From NCBI GenBank assembly GCA_030679255.1, contig JAUXTO010000022.1, positions 128,915 to 192,914 of the forward strand: a stretch of 64,000 nt of DNA, written 5' to 3'. The stretch is from Candidatus Gottesmanbacteria bacterium (GTDB lineage Bacteria; Patescibacteriota; Microgenomatia; UBA10105; UBA927). Every line of letters begins with the position of its first letter. Position 1 is the first letter of the stretch. This document shows, one piece after another, positions 1-8,204 of the stretch. The notes under the pieces are model-generated. The model saw nothing but the letters and a program-made list of their open reading frames with translations. It ran no database searches and had not been told where the DNA came from. The translations under genes and the position numbers were made by a program.

Positions 1-46
1 AATAAGTCCTACAGAATGGCAAAGGATCAGCGAGGACGGAAGAAGA

Positions 47-544
47 ATGTTTTGGATGACTGAAACCGACCCTGACTTCACCATGGCGGGGCTGTATACT
101 CGCTTTGATGATAAAAAAGGTCCTGCTCTATTTGTCCTAGAGCACTATCGAGAATCGTTACTGCTGGATTCTGCCCGTCGACTGTTGTCTTTTCATGGAG
201 GTCCTACGACCACCGTCCAGACCATAATACGCTTTGAGGCTTTACCGAGGCACACTGTACCCGCTGTACCTGGTGACTTAGAATATCAGATAGGTGAACA
301 GGTAGAGTATAGATCAGATGGGTATTTGCACATCACCGGCTGGACCGGACGACCATTCGAGTGGTCTGTTGATGATTCAACAGATAAATTTCTCTATTCC
401 CATCAAGATTTGCAGGCGCAAGGAATTGTTAACGTTGATGATCTTCCCAAAAGAATAGACTTCATGAGAACAATGAGGCAGTTCCAAGAACAACTCATGC
501 AAGGAAACTTTAGGAATCCTCAACTTTTTTCCTCAGAGGATTGA
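47..544 (+). CDS. hypothetical protein
   Basis: Intact 165-aa ORF with no recognisable motif. Confidence 0.3.
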   Translation: MFWMTETDPDFTMAGLYTRFDDKKGPALFVLEHYRESLLLDSARRLLSFHGGPTTTVQTIIRFEALPRHTVPAVPGDLEYQIGEQVEYRSDGYLHITGWTGRPFEWSVDDSTDKFLYSHQDLQAQGIVNVDDLPKRIDFMRTMRQFQEQLMQGNFRNPQLFSSED

Positions 545-681
545 CAAAAACTGCTATATCAAAGAAAAACCATAATGCACATCACGCTGGAGTTCTAGAG
601 ATGATATACGAAGAGAATATATAATTTGATTTTTTCGTATATAATCACCCCATCTCCCCCGCCGGAAAAACATCAAAGAGA

Positions 682-1092
682 TTACCAGATAGTCCGGACG
701 AGCTTGGAGCGGCGGATTTTCTCGTCTTTGGTGACGATAGGCACGCCCAAACGAAGCGCAGTTGCGACGATGATGCGGTCGGCAGGATCTTTGTGGGACC
801 AGTTCGGAAGAAATACCGCCGACTTGGCAATGTGGACATCCACGGGAATAAACCTAAAATACGGCAGAATTTCCAAATCGCGAAGCCATGTCTCAATATC
901 CGTAGCAAGTGTCACCCGTCCTGCTTTCACGAGTAGACAAATCTCCCAGGCGCTCATCGCTGAAGAGGCGACCGCGCCGTTTTTGATTTCACCGTCGATA
1001 GCGAGGCGGGAACGAGAGGAAAGCAGTGCGGTTTCATTTGCCCACCAGACGAGGGCGTGCGTATCCAAAAGGATCATTTCAGTGCCTCCCAA
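682..1092 (-). CDS. vapC: PIN-domain toxin VapC (type II TA)
   Basis: N-terminus ILLDTHALVWW is typical of a PIN domain, with acidic residues spaced as in PIN. It overlaps the upstream antitoxin ORF by 19 nt. Confidence 0.75.
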   Translation of the reverse strand: MGGTEMILLDTHALVWWANETALLSSRSRLAIDGEIKNGAVASSAMSAWEICLLVKAGRVTLATDIETWLRDLEILPYFRFIPVDVHIAKSAVFLPNWSHKDPADRIIVATALRLGVPIVTKDEKIRRSKLVRTIW

Positions 1093-1367
1093 TCCTCTAA
1101 GCCTACAGGCTCAAAAGGATTGATATACTTAATGACGCTCCCTTTCAGCCGCGCTCTTGCCTCTGCTACCGTGCGCGCATCAGGCGCGTCTCTCATGAGT
1201 TTGGCATTTGCATGGACAATAGGGACAACTTTAGCGATTGCCTTCCCTTTACGCTCAATGATGGTAGAAACACCATGGTAAAACGCACTATTGAGTAGTT
1301 CTCCGAATCGCTTCCGCGCTTCCATAGCTGTCACTGTTGTTTGTAACATATATGTCAATTCTATCAA
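1074..1367 (-). CDS. Phd/YefM-family antitoxin
   Basis: The motif MEARKRFGELLN is characteristic of Phd/YefM. It lies upstream of VapC and overlaps it. Confidence 0.7.
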   Translation of the reverse strand: MIELTYMLQTTVTAMEARKRFGELLNSAFYHGVSTIIERKGKAIAKVVPIVHANAKLMRDAPDARTVAEARARLKGSVIKYINPFEPVGLEDWEALK

Positions 1368-1445
1368 TTGATAGAGATCATGTCAATACCACTAATCTCT
1401 ATCATTTTCCCGCCTCTCCCCCACCGGACAAAAAACTATACCATT

Positions 1446-2729
1446 CTAAACGAGCCATTCGATCACCGGTCGGGCGGGACGTTTTGAAGAACTGGTCGTG
1501 AGGGCATTATCCAGATAGAGCACGGTTCCATCCCCACCAAGATAGTTTTTAGCAAGTTCCAAATTGCCAAATTCCCGTTTTGAATTTTCATCCGTCAGGC
1601 GATAGCAAACTTGAAAGCATGAATAGTTACCCCCTTTATTCACGACAAAATCAATTTCATACCCGTTTTCATCCTGACCAAAAAAAACTTGCTCTCGTCC
1701 GTATTTCCTGATAAGTTCGTTGTAAACCAAATTTTCCAATCTTTTTTCGTCCGCCTCGTCGCGTCCGCTGATAAATGAATTATCCACCAAATAATATTTG
1801 GCAGTCCTGGAAAAGACCCGACTAAGTTTATAATCAAATTTTGTCAATTTTTCTATAGCGTAGGCGCTCATCCAGTAGCGAAGATAGTTTTCGATAGTCG
1901 CCACCGAGACCTTCATGCCCTGCTCTTCCAGACGGCCAACGATTTTCCTCAAAGACAGAGGGGAAGTGACGTTGCCACGGACAAATTCAAATGTTTCTTT
2001 TAACACATTGACGTTGTCCACTTGGTAGCGCTTGATGATGTCATCAAGTATTATTTTCTGGACAAGACCTTCATGATAATTGCGCGCCAACAGATCAGGG
2101 AGTTTGAATTGTTCACACAGACCGCCTCGACGAAGATAAAAAGTGAACGCCTTATCAATTTTTTGTTTTTGGGAATAATAGTCTTTGAAATTAATTGATA
2201 AAAAATCTAAATACTCTCTAAAACTAAAGGGGGTAATTTCGAGAGAAAGACTTCGTCCGGAGAGAGCAGAGCCAAGTTCGCCGGACAAAAGCTTGCTGTT
2301 ACTTCCACTGATAAAAATATTATATTTTCCCTGTTCGTACAGTGAGCGTACTAATTTTTCCCAGCTTTGCACTAACTGAATTTCGTCCCAAAAAATATAT
2401 ATTGGCTTGGTTATATCTCCCACTTCTCTTTGATACATTTCCCAGATTTGACGAAGCTCGCGGACCGTCTTTACTTCTTTCAAAAGATCGTTTTCAAAAT
2501 TTAAATAAAAAATATTCGTTTGGGGGATGCCCTTATGGATAAATGACTGGGAGAGCATTTTAAGTAGATATGATTTACCGGACCGACGAAATCCTACAAT
2601 AGCCTTGATTAAACGACTGGACGCAGCCTGCTGTAGCCAGGAAAAATAATCGTTCCTTTCTACCGGGATATCCGTGCTCAGCGTTTGGGATTCCGCTATA
2701 ACCTGACGTAATTCATGTACGGAAATCAT
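1446..2729 (-). CDS. AAA+ superfamily ATPase (COG1373, DUF4143 C-terminal domain)
   Basis: Walker A GFRRSGKSYLL, Walker B IFWDEIQ, 427 aa, architecture typical of the DUF4143 family. Confidence 0.7.
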   Translation of the reverse strand: MISVHELRQVIAESQTLSTDIPVERNDYFSWLQQAASSRLIKAIVGFRRSGKSYLLKMLSQSFIHKGIPQTNIFYLNFENDLLKEVKTVRELRQIWEMYQREVGDITKPIYIFWDEIQLVQSWEKLVRSLYEQGKYNIFISGSNSKLLSGELGSALSGRSLSLEITPFSFREYLDFLSINFKDYYSQKQKIDKAFTFYLRRGGLCEQFKLPDLLARNYHEGLVQKIILDDIIKRYQVDNVNVLKETFEFVRGNVTSPLSLRKIVGRLEEQGMKVSVATIENYLRYWMSAYAIEKLTKFDYKLSRVFSRTAKYYLVDNSFISGRDEADEKRLENLVYNELIRKYGREQVFFGQDENGYEIDFVVNKGGNYSCFQVCYRLTDENSKREFGNLELAKNYLGGDGTVLYLDNALTTSSSKRPARPVIEWLV

Positions 2730-2829
2730 AACTTCACATTATCATTTCCGTATGATTTTGTCAACTCGTGAACGCGCACCCAGAATCTATTCCCTACAAC
2801 CCCCGCCCTAACAAGCTATAATACGGTGT

Positions 2830-4035
2830 ATGAAAAACTTATCCCCCGACGAACGGAAGCTCCTGATTATCCAGGGGTTGGATATCCTGGCGGCAAGCCT
2901 CGCCGGGATATTTACCACGGTTTTCTTCTTTTCCCATGGGGATTTGAAAGTAACGACTCTCTACAACATCGCGGCGTTTGCCTCCATGACGTTTTTTTAC
3001 GGTTCCTCGGGATTTCTCCTCCGGTATTTTTCCTCGGGTACCCTCATGAAAATCAGTTTGTTGGCGTTTTCACTCTTTTATCTTCTGCTGTTTTTTCTCA
3101 AAGACCAAAGCATCGCGTACGTCGTTCCCCTTGGTATCCTCTCCGGCTTCTCCGGAGGAATATACTGGGCGACGTACAACCTGAATCAATACATTCTTGC
3201 ACATGAACGAAGACGGGTCTCATACTTTGGCTGGGCTGGCGCTATATTTAATTTGGCAAGCGCCGTAGGCCCGGGCGTGGGGGGCCTCATCATCATGTTC
3301 GTAGGCCGGACTTCGCTCGGACTTACGAATGGATATCTCGCATTATTTCTGATTGTCGCCCTGATCAATATCATCACGGTGTTTGTGATCGGCAAACTCC
3401 CCGCCCATGGATCGCTGGATTTTTCTTACCGTCATATCTGGGAACACCGACGATCGATGCGCTGGAAACTCATTCTCGGACAAAACGCGGTACTAGGTTT
3501 ATTTGATATCGCGCTCGGCACCGTGACGGGCGTATTATTTTTCGTCATAGTAAAAAATGAAGCAGATTTGGGTTTCGTTCTCACTGTGGCTTCCACGATC
3601 GCAATCGCTTCCAATCTTTATGCTATCCCGCTTCTCACGAGATACCCATCCGCGTTTTGGATCGGTGTCGTCGGGTCTGCTCTCTCGATCATTGTGTTTG
3701 CGCTCTATCAATCGCCACTGGGCGTCTGGGCGTATATTATTATCTCCGGACTCACTGTTCCGATATTTAACAACAGAATATCTACAGTTTACTTTGGTAC
3801 GCTGGATAAAGAGGAGGGAGGATGGCAGCAAAAGTATCATCTCCTTCTCGAACGCGATATTGTGTTGGGAATATTCCGGACAATAAGTTTCGTCGGGCTT
3901 TTTATTTTTCTTCAATTCGGGAATGAAATTCAACTGGCAAAATCCTGGCTGTATCTCCTCCCCGTCCTACCCCTTGCCCTCGCCTTGTTGCTCCAAAAAA
4001 CGATTGCACTAGCTACTCCAAAAATAAAAAGTTAA
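2830..4035 (+). CDS. MFS-type transporter
   Basis: About 12 predicted TM helices with two 6-helix halves. The G/A-rich loop motifs are MFS-like. Confidence 0.55.
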   Translation: MKNLSPDERKLLIIQGLDILAASLAGIFTTVFFFSHGDLKVTTLYNIAAFASMTFFYGSSGFLLRYFSSGTLMKISLLAFSLFYLLLFFLKDQSIAYVVPLGILSGFSGGIYWATYNLNQYILAHERRRVSYFGWAGAIFNLASAVGPGVGGLIIMFVGRTSLGLTNGYLALFLIVALINIITVFVIGKLPAHGSLDFSYRHIWEHRRSMRWKLILGQNAVLGLFDIALGTVTGVLFFVIVKNEADLGFVLTVASTIAIASNLYAIPLLTRYPSAFWIGVVGSALSIIVFALYQSPLGVWAYIIISGLTVPIFNNRISTVYFGTLDKEEGGWQQKYHLLLERDIVLGIFRTISFVGLFIFLQFGNEIQLAKSWLYLLPVLPLALALLLQKTIALATPKIKS

Positions 4036-4051
4036 GATTTTAGGATTCTCC

Positions 4052-5086
4052 TCAACCGTTCTCACCTGCTGGAAAAAACAGCGTGTCGGCGATATCGCGG
4101 GCATCGGCAAACAACATAATCAACCGGTCGACGCCAATGGCAATTCCGCTGCACTTGGGTAACCCAACCTTTAACGCGTTAATGAAGTCGTGATCATAAT
4201 CATAGGACGTTTTTCCCAGCCGTTGGATCTCATGTAATTCTTTCTTAAATCTCTCCTCCTGTTCTTTGGCGTCGGTGAGTTCGCTGTAGCAATCTCCGAG
4301 CTCAAGCCCTGCGATATAAAACTCAAACCGTTCTGCAAGCCTGGGGTCGCTCGTTTTTTTCTTAGATAATGCTGCCATCGATGATGGGAAATCATACAGA
4401 ATAGTCGGTTTACCCCGGCCAAGCCGGGGTTCAATTTCATTGAGTAAAATCTGATTATAAAGTTGTTCCCAGGTCGTACTCGCTTCGATTGTATATCCCT
4501 TTTTTTGTGCAATTGCCCGGGCTTTTTTTTCATCCAAAAATTCATCGAAATGCACATGAGCATACTTTTTAAATGCTTGAGCGACAGAAAGCCGCTCCCA
4601 TGGAGGTGTGAGGTCAATTGGTTTCCCTTGATAGGAAACAATCAATGAACCGCGATTGACGAACCGTGCAATCGAAACGATGAGTTGCTCCGTGTCCTCC
4701 ATTATTCTCATGTAATCCGCCCCCACGCGGTAAAATTCAAGAATTGTAAATTCCGGATTATGGAGATTCCCCTGGGTTTCCATGTTCCGGAAACTTTTGG
4801 TTATTGCGTAGCAGTTGCCGATGCCTGCCACCATGAGTTTTTTTAAGGGGACTTCCGGAGAGGTGGAAAGGTAAGCGGGAGTAGCCTGACCGTTGCGGTC
4901 CAGAAGTTGCGTTTCAAAAACTTCGAGGTGCGATTCAGCAGGAGGATGGGCTATGAGGATCGGCGTTTCGACCTCATGAAATTGTTGATCGTCAAGATAT
5001 CGGCGTATCGCTTTGATGATCTTCTCACGGATAAAATATCTATCCCAAAGCTCAGGATGTTCTTTTAATAATTTCCAAGTCTTCAT
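4052..5086 (-). CDS. epmA: class II lysyl-tRNA synthetase-like catalytic core (EpmA/PoxA-like)
   Basis: Class II motifs are present: motif 2 FRNMETQGNLHNPEFTILEFY and motif 3 GIAIGVDRLIML. At 344 aa there is no N-terminal anticodon-binding domain, as in EF-P lysine ligase EpmA. Confidence 0.55.
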   Translation of the reverse strand: MKTWKLLKEHPELWDRYFIREKIIKAIRRYLDDQQFHEVETPILIAHPPAESHLEVFETQLLDRNGQATPAYLSTSPEVPLKKLMVAGIGNCYAITKSFRNMETQGNLHNPEFTILEFYRVGADYMRIMEDTEQLIVSIARFVNRGSLIVSYQGKPIDLTPPWERLSVAQAFKKYAHVHFDEFLDEKKARAIAQKKGYTIEASTTWEQLYNQILLNEIEPRLGRGKPTILYDFPSSMAALSKKKTSDPRLAERFEFYIAGLELGDCYSELTDAKEQEERFKKELHEIQRLGKTSYDYDHDFINALKVGLPKCSGIAIGVDRLIMLFADARDIADTLFFPAGENG

Positions 5087-5115
5087 CCACCTGATTATAC
5101 TCCATTATTACCGCC

Positions 5116-5203
5116 CTTTTTGGTAGTATTGGCCTGCCCGCAATGCTTCGCAAAGCGATGCAGGCGGGTAGTATTTGATGATTGAATTATTGGTAGTATT
5201 TCC
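5116..5203. repeat. intergenic composite repeat: TTGGTAGTATT motifs flanking a GC-rich imperfect dyad (cctgcccgcaatgc...gcaggcggg)
   Basis: The same GC-rich core recurs at 23098-23255 and 24521-24596. The TTGGTAGTATT motif recurs at 20157-20206 and 63770-63806. Confidence 0.6.
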
Positions 5204-5932
5204 TTAAAGGAATCGAAGTACTTTCGCCTTTGCCTTGAGCTCATTAAACCACGGCTGGAGCTTATCGCCGATATGGGCGTCAAGGATAGCTTGTTTGGCT
5301 TCACTTCGCAGCGCCGCCTCTTCGGTAGCGACCAATGTCGCCCGATTCGTCGCGATAAAATTATTGACGTCTGCGTCGGTGATCGTTAACCCTTTTCCTA
5401 ATATCTTTTGGACCGTAAGCTGTAACGTGATTTGCCGGTCAAATTCTGATTTGGTCAGTCCCTGGATCTTGAGAATCTCCTCAAGTTTCATCCCCCCGCC
5501 CAACCCTTTGACGATTTCCTCTTCCCGGGCACTTACTTCCGCGGGCGACATGACGATGCCCTGCTTTCGGGCTTCGCTTTCGATCAATTTCTCACTGATC
5601 ATACCCTCAAGTGTTTGCTTACCATACCGGTCCGCCATCACACCATTGAGTTCCCAACTCCACACCGGCCTGCCGTCAACGACTGCCGCCACGAGCATGC
5701 TTTTGTTCGCCAAAAGTAATGCAGATAATGCCAGGAGTCCAAGAACGAGATACAGAACTTTTGTATTAAACTTTGGCTTGGCGGTCATCGGGGGTGTTTC
5801 ATTATTGAAACTCGAAGTCATCGCCATATCCGCTACTGCTTCTTTTTTCACTGAAGTTTTCTTCTTTGCAATTTTTCGTGTTGCCATACCAGGTAGTAGA
5901 ACTTCGATAATTTTCTTGCTCTTAAGTGTCAA
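5204..5932 (-). CDS. SurA N-terminal domain-like periplasmic chaperone, membrane-anchored
   Basis: A TM anchor (VLYLVLGLLALSALLLA) is followed by a SurA_N/PpiD-like helical region. The start codon is uncertain. Confidence 0.5.
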   Translation of the reverse strand: MTLKSKKIIEVLLPGMATRKIAKKKTSVKKEAVADMAMTSSFNNETPPMTAKPKFNTKVLYLVLGLLALSALLLANKSMLVAAVVDGRPVWSWELNGVMADRYGKQTLEGMISEKLIESEARKQGIVMSPAEVSAREEEIVKGLGGGMKLEEILKIQGLTKSEFDRQITLQLTVQKILGKGLTITDADVNNFIATNRATLVATEEAALRSEAKQAILDAHIGDKLQPWFNELKAKAKVLRFL

Positions 5933-6097
5933 GAAAATCTTTTGTCCTAATCCTCCATAAATGAACTATCAATATTATCAGTAACCAAGCATGGTCTCTC
6001 TCACCTTATAGCAAGATCGAAGTTTCACTACCTGGCTTTCTGTCAATCGCCAAAGCATACCACAGTCATGTGGGAAGCACAACCCACGATATACAAC

Positions 6098-6871
6098 TTA
6101 TGACGTACGGGATGCAGGACACAATATTCGCAACATACAATGAGCGCAGTCAGGATTTTGTGCTTTACAGACCGCGCGGCCGTGATCGATGAGGAGATAG
6201 GTTAACTTGAACCAGTCAGACTTTGGTATGACATCCATAAGTTCCCGCTCAATCTTCACCGGATCGGCATCTTTTTTGTAATCAACGACAACCTGTTCGT
6301 TTTTCAAGAGATGGTCTTGCGGTTTTGCAAGACCATCTCTTTTGAACACCATACTCTTTTTCCCACCAATTTTATCCAGGTCCACAATTCGCAATCGTTG
6401 GCTCAGTCGGAGAACATGAGTATCCACCGCGATCCCCTCGACAACTCCATACGCATTACCCAACACCACGTTTGCCGTTTTCCGGGCTACCCCGGGGATC
6501 GTCAACATCTCATCCATCGTCCGTGGGATTATTCCACTAAATTTTTCTCTAATGAGCTTGGCCGCCGCAAGAATATTTTTCGCTTTATTATGATAAAAGC
6601 CTGTTGACTTAATATCCTGCTCAAACACTTTGATATCAGCATGTACATAATCCTCAAGTGTTGGATATTTTGTAAATAATTTCTCTGTCACCTTATTGAC
6701 CATTACATCAGTGCACTGCGCCGAAAGAATGACGGAAACCAACAGTTCCCATGAATTACTATAGTGAAGGACTATCCTCGCTTGCGGATACGCGGCTTTC
6801 AACAGAGTTACTACGTGGGCAACTGTCTCTTTTCTCCGCTCTGAGGACTCCCCCCTTGTGATCACGGTCAT
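6098..6871 (-). CDS. nth: endonuclease III (DNA glycosylase/AP lyase)
   Basis: HhH-GPD motif LVSVILSAQCTD...IPGVARKTANVVL and the 4Fe-4S cysteine cluster CKAQNPDCAHCML. Confidence 0.85.
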   Translation of the reverse strand: MTVITRGESSERRKETVAHVVTLLKAAYPQARIVLHYSNSWELLVSVILSAQCTDVMVNKVTEKLFTKYPTLEDYVHADIKVFEQDIKSTGFYHNKAKNILAAAKLIREKFSGIIPRTMDEMLTIPGVARKTANVVLGNAYGVVEGIAVDTHVLRLSQRLRIVDLDKIGGKKSMVFKRDGLAKPQDHLLKNEQVVVDYKKDADPVKIERELMDVIPKSDWFKLTYLLIDHGRAVCKAQNPDCAHCMLRILCPASRTS

Positions 6872-6923
6872 AGATACTTACAATGATACCATTCTTGCTT
6901 TTATACGTTCTGCCCCGCAAACT

Positions 6924-7478
6924 ATGACGTTCAAGCTGTCCAAACTATTCCCGCACTTTCACCGAGTAATTTCCTCAAGAATTTTTTCTAGCCTCGAAAT
7001 TGTATTGTTGTGGGGTAGCCTTGCCGCCTTCATTACGATCAATGTCATGACGCTTCAAAAAACCCGTCCGGCTTATTGGAATGAACTCATGAAGTTTTTT
7101 TCCTCCCCTTTTTCTGTTTCCCGGCACATCGACCTCGCCTCCATCTTATGGCAACAAGGCAAAAAGCCTGAAGCGCGCGCGCTTATGATCTCCGCCGCCA
7201 AGGGAAATACGGTTAATGTTTTAGGGAGCACAACGAGTCCACTCGTTACACTCACTCAATGGGAACACGAGATAGACCGATTAAGAGGACGGTATGCGTT
7301 CTGGCAAACGGTTGTCGCCACCAAACCCGACTACCGGGATGCATACATCACGCTTGCCACACTGGCCTATCAACTTGATTCTCTTCAAGAAGCAAAAAAC
7401 TGGCTAACGAAAGCGCTCGCTCTTGACCCCAATAATCAACCATCTCAACAACTGTCCGTATTCCTTCAGGGAAAATAA
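6924..7478 (+). CDS. TPR-repeat membrane-anchored protein
   Basis: One TM helix followed by TPR-like helical repeats. The start is trimmed to an internal Met to avoid overlapping the nth start. Confidence 0.4.
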   Translation: MTFKLSKLFPHFHRVISSRIFSSLEIVLLWGSLAAFITINVMTLQKTRPAYWNELMKFFSSPFSVSRHIDLASILWQQGKKPEARALMISAAKGNTVNVLGSTTSPLVTLTQWEHEIDRLRGRYAFWQTVVATKPDYRDAYITLATLAYQLDSLQEAKNWLTKALALDPNNQPSQQLSVFLQGK

Positions 7479-7490
7479 TACTGCACGAAG

Positions 7491-8195
7491 CTATTCTTTC
7501 TTAGCGCTTTCTTCCTTTGCTTTTTCAGCCGGTGCTGCTCCCTCGGCAGTTGGGGCGGCGGCGGCGCCCTCGGCCGCTACTTCACTAGCCGCTTCAGCAG
7601 CTTTGGCTACGTCAGCAGCCACTTCGCTTGCTGCTTCTTTTGTTATGAGCGATCCAACCTTCACGATAGTCAATTCCGCATCGGTTAAGACAGTGAGTCC
7701 GGCGGGGACTTTCAAATCTTTGACTTTTACCTCCTGCCCGACTTCGGAAAGCGCGGTCACGTCAACCTCGATGTGTTCGACAAGTTCGGTAGGCAACGCT
7801 TCGACTTCCACCCCATCTAATATGCTCAATACGACCCCACGCTTCTCGCTGACGACAGAAGATTGCCCCGTTAACACAATCGGCACCTTTGCGTGGACTT
7901 TTTCCTTGAGGTCTACCTGATGAAATTCAACATGAAGTATAGTTCCTGTGACCGGATGTTTCTGGACATGATGAATGAGAACGTGTCGGACGGCTCCCCC
8001 CACGGATAGCTCAATCAACCCGGTCTCCCCTGCTTCACCATAGGTTTTCGCAAACGCCTCAGACGCGACCGTGAGGGATACGCTCTTCACTTTTTTTCCA
8101 TAAACGGTTGCAGGAAGCTCCCCTGCCTTACGGAGTTTTTTGACTTTTCTTCCAAGAGAATCGCGTTTCGTGGCGGAGAGTGAGTGTTTTTTCAT
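7491..8195 (-). CDS. rplY: 50S ribosomal protein L25 / general stress protein Ctc
   Basis: N-terminus KRDSLGRKVKKLRKAGELPATVYGK is the L25 signature. The A/E-rich C-terminal tail is as in Ctc. Confidence 0.85.
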   Translation of the reverse strand: MKKHSLSATKRDSLGRKVKKLRKAGELPATVYGKKVKSVSLTVASEAFAKTYGEAGETGLIELSVGGAVRHVLIHHVQKHPVTGTILHVEFHQVDLKEKVHAKVPIVLTGQSSVVSEKRGVVLSILDGVEVEALPTELVEHIEVDVTALSEVGQEVKVKDLKVPAGLTVLTDAELTIVKVGSLITKEAASEVAADVAKAAEAASEVAAEGAAAAPTAEGAAPAEKAKEESAKKE

Positions 8196-8204
8196 GCGTA
8201 TCAA

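Noticed and set aside
5235-5960. 241-aa plus-strand ORF
   Set aside because: It is antisense to the SurA-like gene and has Ser/Ala-rich low-complexity composition.
7423-7920. 165-aa plus-strand ORF
   Set aside because: It is antisense to the L25/Ctc gene and is an Ala/Ser-rich reading of the GC-rich antisense strand.
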